A DNA stretch of 59,846 nucleotides from Octopus bimaculoides (Eukaryota), in assembly GCF_001194135.2 (NCBI RefSeq), contig NC_068990.1, positions 2,463,460 to 2,523,305 on the forward strand, written 5' to 3'. Below the pieces are notes generated by a model, which worked only from the letters and a program-made list of their open reading frames with translations, was not told where the DNA came from and searched no databases. How positions within the stretch are numbered: the first letter of the stretch is position 1; each line of letters opens with the position of its first letter. Both the position numbers and the translations under genes were made by a program. Shown here one piece after another: positions 12,151-25,273 of the stretch.

Positions 12151-12533
12151 GTTGTTGGCACTCTGTCGCTTATGACGTCGAGGGTTCCAGTTGATCCGAT
12201 CAACGGAACAGCCTGCTCGTGAAATTAACATGCAAGTGGCTGAGCACTCCACAGACACGCGTACCCTTAACGTAGTTCTCGGGGATATTCAGCGTGACAC
12301 ATTGTGACAAGGCTGACCCTTTGAATTACAGGCACAGCAGATACAGGAAGTAAGAGTGAGAGAAAGTTGTGGTGAAAGAGTACAGGAGGGTTCGCCACCA
12401 TCCCCTGCCGGAGCCTCGTGGAGCTTTAGGTGTTTTCGCTCAATAAACACTCACAACACCCGGTCTGGGAATCGAAACCGCGATCCTATGACCGCGAGTC
12501 CGCTGCTCTAACCACTGGGCCATTGCGCCTCCC
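12151..12533 (-). mobile_element. Full-length tRNA-derived SINE (family 4) with 12-bp target-site duplication
   Basis: Head GGAGGCGCAATGGCCCAGTGGTTAGAGCAGCGGACTCG...GGTTTCGATTCCC (A and B boxes), (CAA) tail; TSD ACATGTAGCAGT at 12139-12150 and 12534-12545. Confidence 0.93.
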
Positions 12534-12834
12534 ACATGTAGCAGTATTTATAACAAATACAACACGCACAATGTTCATATGAAATTTCCATATTCTTGAA
12601 ATTAGTGTTTACGCAGTTGGCTCTGTTTAATATTATAGTAAACCGGTATTCTGCTTAATATTTATATTAAGTTGGAAGCAGTTATTATGTGCATCATCGT
12701 CTGAATTACCAATAATAATAATAATTTCATATTTGCGAGATAAATTAATATTTGCCAAACAGAATATTTTGAAGCTACGAATATGTGTTGAATATATTAA
12801 AAGCAATATACAGTACAAAATGCAACAATTTTAC

Positions 12835-12975
12835 TTCGATTATCATATGTAGGGATATTTCTCCATCGGCATTCATTGGACGACAATTTGGTAATTCCAT
12901 TATAAAATTATCGATATAGAAATACCTATTGTTTATATCATCGGCATGGTCGAGAATATATTGCATAATTTCTTC
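12835..12975 (-). pseudogene. Possible ankyrin-repeat relic
   Basis: EEIMQYILDHADDIN...ELPNCRPMNADGEISLHMIIE resembles ANK consensus segments EIVxxLLxxGADIN and NxDGETPLH. Confidence 0.3.
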
Positions 12976-13090
12976 AGAATATTGGAAATTTGAGGTATGT
13001 ATGCATGCATGCATGTCTATCAGAATGTACGTATTTATGTTTATATTCTTGAATGTATGAATGTATGGCTGTACGATCATGTGTGTATGT

Positions 13091-13132
<42 letters not shown>

Positions 13133-13819
13133 NNNNNNNNNNNNNNNNNNNNNNNNNNNNNNNNNNNNNNNNNNNNNNNNNNNNNNNNNNNNNNNNNNNN
13201 NNNNNNNNNNNNNNNNNNNNNNNNNNNNNNNNNNNNNNNNNNNNNNNNNNNNNNNNNNNNNNNNNNNNNNNNNNNNNNNNNNNNNNNNNNNNNNNNNNNN
13301 NNNNNNNNNNNNNNNNNNNNNNNNNNNNNNNNNNNNNNNNNNNNNNNNNNNNNNNNNNNNNNNNNNNNNNNNNNNNNNNNNNNNNNNNNNNNNNNNNNNN
13401 NNNNNNNNNNNNNNNNNNNNNNNNNNNNNNNNNNNNNNNNNNNNNNNNNNNNNNNNNNNNNNNNNNNNNNNNNNNNNNNNNNNNNNNNNNNNNNNNNNNN
13501 NNNNNNNNNNNNNNNNNNNNNNNNNNNNNNNNNNNNNNNNNNNNNNNNNNNNNNNNNNNNNNNNNNNNNNNNNNNNNNNNNNNNNNNNNNNNNNNNNNNN
13601 NNNNNNNNNNNNNNNNNNNNNNNNNNNNNNNNNNNNNNNNNNNNNNNNNNNNNNNNNNNNNNNNNNNNNNNNNNNNNNNNNNNNNNNNNNNNNNNNNNNN
13701 NNNNNNNNNNNNNNNNNNNNNNNNNNNNNNNNNNNNNNNNNNNNNNNNNNNNNNNNNNNNNNNNNNNNNNNNNNNNNNNNNNNNNNNNNNNNNNNNNNNN
13801 NNNNNNTATATATACACAT

Positions 13820-14040
13820 GTGTGTGTATTTGTGTATCTGTGTTTGTCACCCCAACCATTGCTTGTCAACCGATGTTAGTGTGTTTACCTCCCCGTAACT
13901 TAGCGTTTCGGCAAAGGAGACCGATAGAATGAGTACTAGTCATACAAGGAAGAAGTCCTTGGCTCGATTTGTTCGACTAAAGACGGTGCTACAGCATGGC
14001 CTCAGTCAAATGACTAAAACAAATAAGAGAATAAAAGAAT
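13820..14040 (+). mobile_element. SINE family 1, 3' half (5' half probably in the adjacent gap)
   Basis: GTTTACCTCCCCGTAACTTAGCG...GACCGATAGAATGAGTACTAG...GACGGTGCTACAGCATGGCC.CAGTCAAATGACT followed by an A-rich tail; family link from recall of octopus SINE structure. Confidence 0.65.
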
Positions 14041-14419
14041 TCACACACACACGCACGCACGCACACAAACAGACACACACACACACACGTGTGTGTGTCT
14101 GTGCAGATAAGTGTGCATGTATATAGGATAATTATGTATATAAATTTCAAGATTCAAAATAACAATATAAAATTGACAACTCGCGAGACGTAAAACTGAT
14201 GCGAGACTAGAATTTATTATGAATTTGTTTAAACAGAGGCACATTCAACTTTTAATTAATGACGAACGAGCCAATCAAAACGAATAATATCAAAATGTGC
14301 AACTGACATGACTGACGAAATGTTATACGAAACAATGAGTATTAGTTTGTGTATTCGAGTACAAATGCCTCCATGTTATTATACATCTTTTTTCCTACGT
14401 ATATATATATAAAACTTAG

Positions 14420-14933
14420 ATAAATCTTAGATATGTTTCGACCAAAGATTGGTCCAGGACATGTCTAACTTAATAGCACCACCTGATAGGATTATCTGAA
14501 TCCTTTTTAAGTCAAGGTTTTTTTTTATGGTCCATTCAAGTAGTGAGTTCTTGTTGAGTGAGTTGTATCCATGTATGGGTGGCTTATCTGGTATTCTTTG
14601 AAGACATCTTTCCAGACTCCGTTTAAAAGTGATGGGATCCTTTTCCTCTTTGATCAGTTTAGGGACAATATTGAACAGAGCAGGGTCTGTTGAGGAAAAG
14701 AAATTGGGCCGCAAGTACATATACGTTGTGATCCTAAATTGGGCAGGGGACTATGACCCGTGGTCCCAGCCTTGGATGAACCTTGAAACTAATGTTCAGG
14801 TCGTTTGGGCAATGCTGGCGGTATATTCTCGCCATCGTACAATTGACGTACCAGTCGCGGCGGCGCTGGAGAGAGTAAAGTTTCAAAGCTTTAAGGCGGT
14901 CCTAGTAATCGAGATCAGTCGTGCCTTCAATCC

Positions 14934-14938
<5 letters not shown>
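14420..14938 (-). mobile_element. CR1-group LINE 3' end
   Basis: DRLKALKLYSLQRRRDWY and FSSTDPALFNIVPK...FKRSLERCLQRIPDKPPIHGYNSLNKNSLLEW; 3' GACC/GGTC stem-loop and short ATCTAAG repeats. Confidence 0.8.
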
Positions 14939-14979
<41 letters not shown>

Positions 14980-14981
<2 letters not shown>

Positions 14982-15263
14982 TATAATTAGAAACGGGACA
15001 AATTTTAGTCATTTCTCTGCGGACTGAAAAAATGATGAGCAGCCTTAATCGATTTTCGAACCGTATTTGGTTCTCATCAGAGGCGTCTACATCATTCTGA
15101 TAGTCGCCATTTGAACAACACAGTATAAAGATAGTCGTTTCCTAATAGGCAAGTTTCTCAATACCAAGAAATTATTAGAAGATCGCATCTTTATACTGTG
15201 TTCATTAAATGATATCTCTCGCTGAGTAGAATACTTCTTGTTGATCTTACCTTAAGGACGGGT
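14980..15263 (-). mobile_element. Short hammerhead/intron-bearing element (family E, probable PLE terminal repeat) between (TA)n tracts
   Basis: Canonical hammerhead, donor AAG|GTAAGA at 15251/15250, acceptor TTTTTTCAG ending at 15024, 16-bp inverted repeat. Confidence 0.65.
15042..15084 (-). ncRNA. Fully canonical minimal type-I hammerhead ribozyme (family E)
   Basis: GCCT-CTGATGA-GAACC-AAATAC-GGTTC-GAAA-ATCGAT-TA-AGGC; all core nucleotides, G10.1-C11.1, palindromic stem III AATCGATT, UUA site (cleavage 3' of 15046). Confidence 0.9.
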
Positions 15264-15349
15264 TATATATATATACATGCATAAACACACACAAACACAC
15301 ACACACGCACACTCAAACACACATACACTCATATATATATATATGTATA

Positions 15350-15390
<41 letters not shown>

Positions 15391-15489
15391 GTATACATAT
15401 ATATATGTGAGTGTATGTGTGTATATATATATATATATATGTATATACAAACCTTTACCTTCGTGTCACCTTGTGATAAAGAAAATCTT

Positions 15490-16640
15490 ACAATAAGCTG
15501 AAACCTTGTTCAATATTTTTCTGTAGACCACATACATATTCCGTTATAGGAATAATATTGACTCTGTTTTCAAAGATTGGATTGATTAATTTTGAACAGG
15601 CTGTAGAACATCTGTGAACATTTTGGCTTTATCTAATCTGTGGTAAGTTTCATTTTTCTATGGGTAGCTGGAGCACTGTTGAATGATGATTAAGTTGTAG
15701 ATTTTGTTTTGATAGAAGATATAACAAATTTTATTCATTACATTTTGAAATATGTTATTGTTCATAATTTCTTCATACATGTTGAAATTTATAATTAGCT
15801 GTGTCTATGTAGGTATGTTAGCTTCAGGTGGTCGTATTCTTTTCAGGATTCACAGAAGATTATAAACAATTGAAAAGTTAACTCTATCTTTTGGTTGCAG
15901 TGGAGACATATAATATTTTTTCATTGTTTTAAGAATATTCAGTAACTGTTTGTATAAGTTTCTCTGCTTCTGAATTACATATTTTTGCAGTCTTCTACTG
16001 GATATTTTAAAGTAGATTTCTAGTCGTATCAGGCCTCTACCACCACCTTCAAATCTTCGAATTGTATAATCTGTCTGTTTCAATTATCGTGTGTGGTATA
16101 CTAAATAAAGTAATTATCATGCTGGTTTTCCTGTTAACTCATTTATTGTCCTGTTATGAATATTATAATTGATATAGCGAGAATATTCATGCCTATTACG
16201 TTTTCTTACTTGCAATTAGTTGTTTTATGCCTTATTCTAATCTGTTTATAAGATTCTTCTCTTATTTTCTTTCATTTGTATCCGGTTCATTGATCTTTAA
16301 ATGTGTGTTAGTCTGGGTTTGATCTGGTACTCTTATTTCAATGATTTAGTACGATATTCTTGTTCTTAAGTTTTTCATTTCAACATCTCTGGCACATATT
16401 TTACATCTCATATTGATTTCATTGGTAGATCCGTGTATCCTCTGTAGAAGAGTTTCCAGTTGGCTGTCAGTTGCAGTGTACAACTTTAAATCACCCATAT
16501 ACAAAAGCAGGTTTGTTGTTTTATGGTAATAGTTGTATCCATGTCAAGTTCTGTTTACCATGTCAGTTAAAGCGCCAATGCTAAGTAGACGAAAGGAAAG
16601 AGGGACTCCTTCGAAAATTCCTCTTCTAATGGGGATGTTA
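15490..16640 (-). mobile_element. R4/Dong-like non-LTR retrotransposon, decayed RT region
   Basis: IPIRRGIFEG...NLLLYMGDLKLYTATDSQLETLL (YMDD-type) and TIRRFEGGGRGLIRLE. Confidence 0.75.
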
Positions 16641-17362
16641 ATAGTGTTTATAATTCCGAAACGATAGCAATATCAACATTAGAACTCGTCCCTGCAATCA
16701 AAATAATCATTATAATGCCGCAGTTCTAGCCGAGTGCAGGGTGAATAAACTTCGCTTGTCCAAATACCCGTTTACAGCGGACTGACCTTAAGTGAGTTAA
16801 GTTAAATAGCGTCAAACATTACTCGGCACCAACCACAAATATTTCATCTAGTTATAATTTAACTCAATATCTGACAGATCAGCGGCCCTAGCTCATGATT
16901 TTGTATGTCCTGAAGCGAACGAATTCGATATTGTGATCCATTGGTTTCTGATGATGTATTACGATATAAATGTATTTTTTCCCAAAGACCATATATTAAT
17001 TTATATAAATATACTACTATATCTATCACTCTTGAGTCATTATTTTCTTTTCATTATATTATATTTCGAGTAGTCCTGTCTATATTATTCTTATATATTA
17101 CTATTTACATTTCATTAACTGTTAATGTGACAGAGCATGAGACGCAAACACTTCATGCACAGGACACAATTATTTAGGAGATGGTTGCTAATTCACATCG
17201 GATTCTACAGTGTTGCTGTTGTTTCATGTAGGAGATAATAATACTATATGCAATATGTAGAAGGGCCTGGGCCACAAACATAGTACATTTCTAATAATTT
17301 ACATGATACGACATGCAGGTGACCATCTAGTTTCATACTACACCTACTGAATCTATCTTTCG

Positions 17363-17451
<89 letters not shown>

Positions 17452-17922
17452 ACATATATATACATATATATATGTATGTATACATATATGTATCTATATG
17501 TACGCACGCACGCGTGCACATACACAAATATATATAATGTAGTATATAATGTATTTTATACAATACATTTTTCCATACTGGATTTCACACTATGACGTTT
17601 AATACAATAACTCACTTTACACAAAATAAAGTGAAATTCGTTATATACTGGAAGTATGACGGTGTAACAACAACTGTCCGAATGGATCATTTTTTTGTAT
17701 ACCACTTGAAAATGAATTTTTATTGATAAAAAGAATTACATATTTATTGTGAAATAGTTTATCATTAATGTGATTCCTAAATAATCTATTACTAGTTCTT
17801 AAAATCGCATTTTTCAAAAGATGAATTTGAAGTTTGTAAACTTATTTTTTCCTTCTTTATATTTTGTATTATTTATTATTTGTATACTTTATTGAATCTA
17901 TTACTTAGTTATAGTTCAGTAG

Positions 17923-17957
<35 letters not shown>

Positions 17958-18755
17958 TATATNNNNNNNNNNNNNNNNNNNNNNNNNNNNNNNNNNNNNN
18001 NNNNNNNNNNNNNNNNNNNNNNNNNNNNNNNNNNNNNNNNNNNNNNNNNNNNNNNNNNNNNNNNNNNNNNNNNNNNNNNNNNNNNNNNNNNNNNNNNNNN
18101 NNNTATATACATCTATATATATATATATATATATATATATGTTTATTTTATATCTCTCTACGTCACGTTTCCTTTCACTTTATTGCATTTATATCATATA
18201 TCGTACGTGAAAGGGAAAAGTTACATTGGTTATAACACTTACGAGATTTTATTAAATGCATAAAGTATTTTCCATATCTTATATATAAATATATATCTGA
18301 TACAATGCAACCGTTTTATGGACATGGAATATAGTACAAATTAATCAACTGTATATAATACGCATCAGCATAGGTTTCCTCCATAGCCCAGAATTGCATT
18401 CGGATATGGACACCACGTTCCAGTTTATATAAATATTGCTCTTGCTTCCTTTGTTTACTTGGCGCTGGTAATGTCATTACTTATGCATACGTGGGAAGAT
18501 GTACGATTTCAACTTCCCAATTAAACCAATACCGAATTTTTGTTTATTTAATTTGAAATCGTCTACAGTATCTTTCGTTTTAAAACTAAATAAGATGTAT
18601 ATCCGGTTGCTAATTCTAGTTCTTTGTGATACCTCTGAGAAGCACGCTCGATAGGACGAGCCAACAAACGAATTTAGCAGATCTTAAGCATAATATCACT
18701 GATCCACCACAAAAAAACAGCAGATGCTACGAATTACATATAATGCAGTGTAAAG

Positions 18756-19010
18756 ATTAGGTCATCAAGTACGAAATTTGTAGAAAAGAAAAAAAATTGC
18801 GAATGTTTTATAAATACAAAGAATAGTTTTATTCATCAAAGTACGCACCCGTATTTTCAATACACTTTTTGCCTTTTCAGCGGTAGGTTGTCCCGCCTGG
18901 AACTGCAAAAGCCTGGCAATCTAGACTCAATAAAATCTTGGAAGACCTGTTTTACGGCATCGTCGGAATTAAATTTCTTCCTATCAAAATGTTATCCAAA
19001 TTCTGGAACT
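18756..19010 (-). mobile_element. Mariner transposase C-terminal fragment (second subfamily)
   Basis: FDRKKFNSDDAVKQVFQDFIESR...QKCIENTGAYFDE* (with a frameshift), followed by a TIR-like end. Confidence 0.6.
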
Positions 19011-19029
19011 AATGGTAGTCAGTGAGGAC

Positions 19030-20535
19030 AAGATCAGGTGCGTATGTTGGACGATGGAGAACTTCCAACTTCAGATGCTGTAATTTCACCAACGTCATTT
19101 TTGCGATGTGTGGTCTGGCGCTGTCTTGCAATAAAATAGGAGTGGATCTGTTGACTAATCGAGACTGCCGAAATTAGTACAGCCCCTCCACAAAACATAA
19201 AAATGTAAATTTCTTTTGCTGTTTTAAATTCTTCCATGGAGATTAAAGTAGGGTGTATAAATGCACGTGGCTTGGGGTCGAGATGGAAGCAAATTTGTCT
19301 CCTGAACGACCCCAGGTCTCTAGATTTGGATATATGTGTGGTAATTGAGTACAAATTAAATGATCCACATACGTTCCAGCCTCTTCTATGTAACTATGAG
19401 AAATTTACTTCTAGTCACCGCGGAAGCGCGGGAATGGTGGTTTTGTTCACAAAATGTTTGCACCTACAGGTAAGTACAACCTTTCTGGACAGTACAGCCT
19501 TTCTGGACCCAGAAGGTAGGCTGGTCGTCCTGGACGTGACACTTGTAAGTAAGCAGTTTTCATGTTAGTAGCTGACTACGATCCGAACGAGTGTAGGCAA
19601 GGTGGCTTTTTTCATGACTTGGGGAATTTCCTAGTAACGTCTAAGACTCTTGTTTTAATAGGAGAGTTTAACACTATCCTAGATGCACGAGTGGATAGTG
19701 TTGGCTCGGCAAATAGAAGGGGAAATTCTGGTCTCAAAAGGCTACTAACAACCTATGAATTACTGGACCGTTATAGGCTGGATGAACCGCTCCTTCCACA
19801 GTGGACGAGGTCTAATAACGACGGTTCACACAGGTCTTATCTAGATAGAATATGCATTAGAAATAGCGATAAGGATACTATTAGTTGAAATACAGATAAG
19901 GATACTATTGCGTCCCTTACACGGATCGCAAATTTGTGAGTGTAAAGAGTACTTAGGTAAGTGCCATAGACAAGGACCAGGGTACTGGAAGCTAAACAAG
20001 TCTGTTTTGACTTGTAAAGCCTTCCGGGCCCGGATTAAGGAATTATTTCAGAGGACATTATGTGGCACCATCATCAGTAATAGATGGTGGCGCGTCCTCA
20101 AACGAGCCATTCGTTCAGAGTCTGTTATAAACAGCTATGTTTATAAAAGACTAGAAAAGAAGATAAATTAGTTAAGGAATTAGATGAGGGCATGCAATCT
20201 GGCTCTGCATCTAGAGTGACGGCGGCGATGGCGGTCTTGTTCCGCCACGTCAAAGCCAAACACGAAGGGTGTAGAGTCAGACCTAAGTTACGTGCAGTGG
20301 AGAGAAAGGGCGTTAAAGTTGTTGGATGGGCTCGTCTGTGGAGAGTCGTAGAGGCAGAGAAGCCTCTATAAAGTCTTTAATTGATGAGCAGGGTCGTATG
20401 ACCGAAGGACAGGAGGAGAGGCGGAAGACTTTTCATCACCATTTCACCCGGTTGTTCGGGGAGAGCGGTGCCGCGGCCGTGGGGAGCCACTAAGGGACTT
20501 CCTTGCCGGCGGGCCGCGATTTTCGGCACGGGAGG
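19030..20535 (+). mobile_element. L1/Tx1-clade LINE, ORF1 end plus APE endonuclease and linker (pseudogenised)
   Basis: VGCINARGL, LIGEFNTILD, SYLDRICI, GPGYWKLNKSVL. Confidence 0.9.
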
Positions 20536-21666
20536 CCCATCGAGATTTGACAAAAACTGATTGCATAAGTACCAGACTATGCAAATGACGAAATCAATTT
20601 TCTCAACTAATCCTAAAAGGCGATGCTCAAGTATAAATGCTGTTCAATGACAAAAAAGAGTGTGTAGAAGTGTCTGCCTGTATCTGTATTTATACCTGTG
20701 TTTGTGTGTGTCTGTATGTGTCTGTATATATCTAATGAAAATTGTGTGTCTCTACACTCATATATCTAATGAAGTCATTAAGGTTTGAAATATAAATCTA
20801 CAGTTTCTCTTAGTTTTGGCAGATTTAAGCAATGTTGAGATTAATAATATTCCCCATTTTATGATTGATAGCATTGAAGTCGTTCCTTCGTTTTGATTAC
20901 CTGAAAACAGACAAGTGTAAGTTAATGGACTCTCTTTAGCACATTTTAGAATATTTCAATGTGTTACAAATGCGTGACAACTTCACTTTAATATATCGAG
21001 TTATGTTCAAGGACGTGACGAGAAAATATTTGCTGATTCACGCATACTTAGGGGCAAGAATTAATGAAATACGAACCAACAACTGTTGAACTCCTGTCTC
21101 TTTCATAAGTAGCTTGATAAACGAGAGTGTAAATTTAAATGCAGAAAACATTATTTAAAAACTTGCAGTAATTACTTACATTCCGTGAGATTTGTTTCCG
21201 TCACTTAAAAATATAATTCATTTTAATCACAAAGATTTTTCTTTGAACATTTAAGCTAACTCGATTTCCTCTTTCAATAGAAATGATTATGTATATCCTG
21301 AAAATATCACGATTTATCCAAGAACTGAAGACATATATTAACGTCCAAATACATTCAATTCAAAGAGACTTTTACACAAACACACGCATACGCAAATACA
21401 CACACACACACATCACAATAAACGTATGTGAATACATGCATCTCCATACATAGACACACTTGTATATACGTAATAAGTTAGATGGCAAATGCCATAATAT
21501 AATAGGTACTTACAATGTATGCTTATATACATGCATACATACACGCACATACACACACACACATATGCTTATATTCATACACACATACATACACACATAC
21601 ACACACATACATACATACATAAATACATACATACATAAATATATATATATATAATATATATATATA

Positions 21667-21727
<61 letters not shown>

Positions 21728-22534
21728 TTACATTGTAATGCAAACACACACAGAAATATATGTATATTGTAGACATATATAAATATCTATCTATATATAA
21801 TTAGCATGTATATTTGCTTATATGTATTTCTGTGCTTCTTTTCGTATCAGCGTGACCTTTGTCTGCCTGAATAAATTTCTGTCTGCCCGTATGTGTTCAC
21901 TTAATACCAAACGCAGTATGAAAATAATAGATTCGTTATGAACGGTATATGCAATTTGGAGACAATAAATATTACCTTGCTGTGGAATATATTTCAGAAA
22001 TTTCTCCCTAAGTTCCTGTTATATCATCGGACATACCGGAGCTTCATGCATGTGTGCATAAATGCATTTTAACAGTTGTCAAACATTCCAATATTTATAA
22101 CTGTTTCCTAAAATAATTAAACCAAATTTTTGTCAGTTTCTTCATGATTTCACAGATTGTAAACACCCGTTTTTTTACTTGAATTATGCTAATGCAAAAA
22201 GACAAAACAAATATATATATATATATGTATATATATATATGCTTGTGTGTGTGTGTGTGTGTATGTGTGCGTGCACACACACACACACATGTATATATAT
22301 ACATACACATGTAGATATATGTATATAAATGTATTTATATCTAAATTTTAAAAAAGGGGAATGAACACCTATATTTATATATGCAGAGTCTTTAGATACA
22401 ATCCAATATGATTTCAGCTAAGATAATATTCTTCATATTGCAGGTATCCAGGAAGAATACTTTCATACCCAAGGTTCATAATATAATAATAGTATGAGAT
22501 AGTAGAAACATCTACTTATATGAATATATGTATG

Positions 22535-22537
22535 TAT

Positions 22538-22633
<96 letters not shown>

Positions 22634-22694
22634 ATATATATATATATTTATATATACATACATAGATATATATATATATATGTCTGTCTGTCAG

Positions 22695-22790
<96 letters not shown>
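22535..22790. repeat. Compound (ATCT)n/(AT)n/(CT)n microsatellite
   Basis: Read directly. Confidence 0.97.
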
Positions 22791-22792
<2 letters not shown>

Positions 22793-23188
22793 GAAAAGTA
22801 AATGCAAAAAAGGGTTTTGTATGATCGTGTATAGAGGAATATATTATTTTATTCAAAAGAGTTCCAATTCTGTATTTTATGTTTTATTTATATTCTTGTA
22901 AAATGTGGGATATGGAATATGGAATATATAATATATAATATAATAATAGATGGTACAATGAAATGAAGCTTTGAATGTCTTATTGAATATATGAAATATT
23001 GAGTGTTCCATATAACGAATTATATATATACAGGCGAATACGTATTTTCATACCTTGTGGCATTCATCAAGGCCTTCGTCCGACAGACTGTAACAGATAT
23101 ATAGATATATATATATATATAGATATATATGAGAGTGAGTAGGCAAATGATAGAAGGACAGTCAACCAATTTATTGGAAGTTATTTGT

Positions 23189-23855
23189 ATGGATCAAAAC
23201 AGTTTGATTCAAATCTGATGGTACTCCTGGCTTTCAAGCGTGATGCTAGTTGTCAGTCATTTTGAATTTGAATGACGGAGGTTGATTATCATTACCATAA
23301 GGTGGGGTGCGATTGGTTGAAGAAAGTCACGTGATGTCGTGGTTTTATGTTTTGTATATGGGAGACATTTAGTTGTAAAATACCGTATGGCGAACAGGAA
23401 ATTGAGCACGTGGATGACAAGAAATAGAGCACGTGTCGATTAGAAATCGGTCAGATTTTGGGAGAGGGAAGTGGGAAGGGGTGGCATGTGCAAGTATATA
23501 GTTCCATACATGAGTGCGCAGGCGCGCTCATATAGTTTTGCATGCATGTGTATATTAATGCGAGTGTGTGCTTCTGTACATGGGTGCGCACACGAACGTC
23601 TGTACAGGCAAGCACGTGTGCGCGCTTTGACGCACATATGTATATGCGTGTATATGTGCACGTGTGCGCATGCATGTGTATGTTATCAATATACTAACAT
23701 CAAACCACGACACCACGTGACCTTTAATTAATCGCAGCCCTCCTTACGGTAATAACAATCAACTACTGTCGTTCAAATTCAAAATGGCTGACGACTAGCA
23801 TCACGCTTGAAACTTAAGAGTACCAATGAATTTGAATCAAACTGTTTTCATCCAT
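23189..23855. mobile_element. Foldback/MITE-like element with ~170-bp terminal inverted arms
   Basis: 23189-23358 aligns with the reverse complement of 23690-23855 (AAAACAGTTTGATTCAAAT...TTTCAAGCGTGATGCTAGT...CATTTTGAATTTGAA...GTCACGTG.TGTCGTGGTTT). Confidence 0.85.
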
Positions 23856-24755
23856 CTCTCTCTCTCTCTCTCTCTCTCTCGCTCTCTCTCTGTGTATATA
23901 TATATACACACACACACAGAGAAAGAAAGAAAGAAAGAAAGAAAGAAATTGAGTGACATATGTACACATATACATAAATATGTATATATATGCTTATATG
24001 TATATTAAAAGACTCATACTTTCACGTGATAACTCAAATGAAAAGAAAGATGGACGAAAGAAACAGATATTGAAGAACAAAGACAGGCAGAGAGAGACAT
24101 AGAGTAAGAAAAGAAGTGAGAGAGAGAGATTATGTTAAGCAATTGTTATTGCATTTCTTAAATTGAATTTTTATCGAGTTTTTGTTTGATTTTATGTTTT
24201 CTGAATTTATAACTGCTTATGTGTATGTGTAATTTTTATTGACATATGAGATATTTTTTTTTTCTTTTGATACTTTTTTTTAACTAGTGTTACATTGAAA
24301 TTCTCATAAAAGTTTAACTAAGATTTTCTGAAAGTATTTTTTCTCAACCGATTCATTGATGTAACATTGACGGCAAACAGCTAGAAATACGAAATCATAA
24401 TTACTTTAACAGCTCGATAGCTATTAGACATAGCACGAAAATAATTTCTTAACGCTATTAACTGAGGCGGAAATCGTAATATTTCTCTTCGCGGGTTTGC
24501 GTATATAAAGAAGTCAAAATATGAGCTCTAATACAAACGTTATGAACTTTTATAGATACAATAACAAAATGATCGGCGGAAATGTTATTTAAAACATGAT
24601 GAACATCATATAAATTCGAATATTGTAGCAGTCCCGCGCCTACTCTTCTAATATATTCGTCCTTCCATATTGTCTTCCGTATCTTCGGCCCTTACGGCTA
24701 ATAAATGAAATCACCAGCATCATTATTATAATTATAATTATAATTATAATTATTA

Positions 24756-24813
<58 letters not shown>

Positions 24814-24817
24814 GAAA

Positions 24818-25243
24818 GGCGGTAAGTTCGTAGATTGATAAACGTACTGGACGAAATGCTTAGCGGTATTTTATCGGTCGCTACGTTCTGAGAAAAAATT
24901 TCGCCGAGGTCGACTATACCATTGATTCTTTTGGGGGCGATAAAATAAGTTCCAGTTGAAAACTGGGGTTGACGTAATCGACACATCTCCTCCCCCAAAA
25001 TTTCAGGCCCTGTGCTTACAGGAGAAAGGATTATTATTATTATTAAAGGCGGTGAACTCGCAGAGTTATTAGCACGCCGGACAAAGTGCTTAGCGGTATT
25101 TCGCGGGTCACTACATTCTGAGTTCAAATTCCGCCGCGGTCGACTTTGCATTTCATTCTTTCGGGGTCGATAAACTAAGTACTAGTTGAGTACTGGGGTC
25201 GATGTAATGGAGTTGCTCCTTCCCTCAAAATTTCAGGTCCTGT
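24818..25243 (+). mobile_element. Two head-to-tail SINE family 2 copies (24818-25030, 25048-25243) within (ATT)n
   Basis: GGCGGTGA/GGCGGTAA head, GCTTAGCGGTATTT, GAGTTCAAATTCCGCC B box, ACTGGGGT.GA.GTAAT, TTTCAGG.CCTGT. Confidence 0.88.
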
Positions 25244-25273
25244 ATTATTATTATTATTATTATGATGATTATT

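Noticed and set aside
12775-13932. Long ORFs of 240-364 aa in the ORF track (also at 37.6, 45.2, 46.7 and 55.9 kb)
   Set aside because: They run through N gaps and dinucleotide repeats and are artefacts.
14307-14340. CTGACGA...GAAAC as a hammerhead
   Set aside because: No stem II and no stem I complement.
14430-14465. GACC-loop-GGTC-GAAAC on - as a hammerhead
   Set aside because: No CUGANGA core; better explained as the 3' stem-loop of the CR1-group LINE.
24490-24520. TATATAAAG as a core promoter
   Set aside because: Such motifs are common in AT-rich DNA and no downstream exon is evident.
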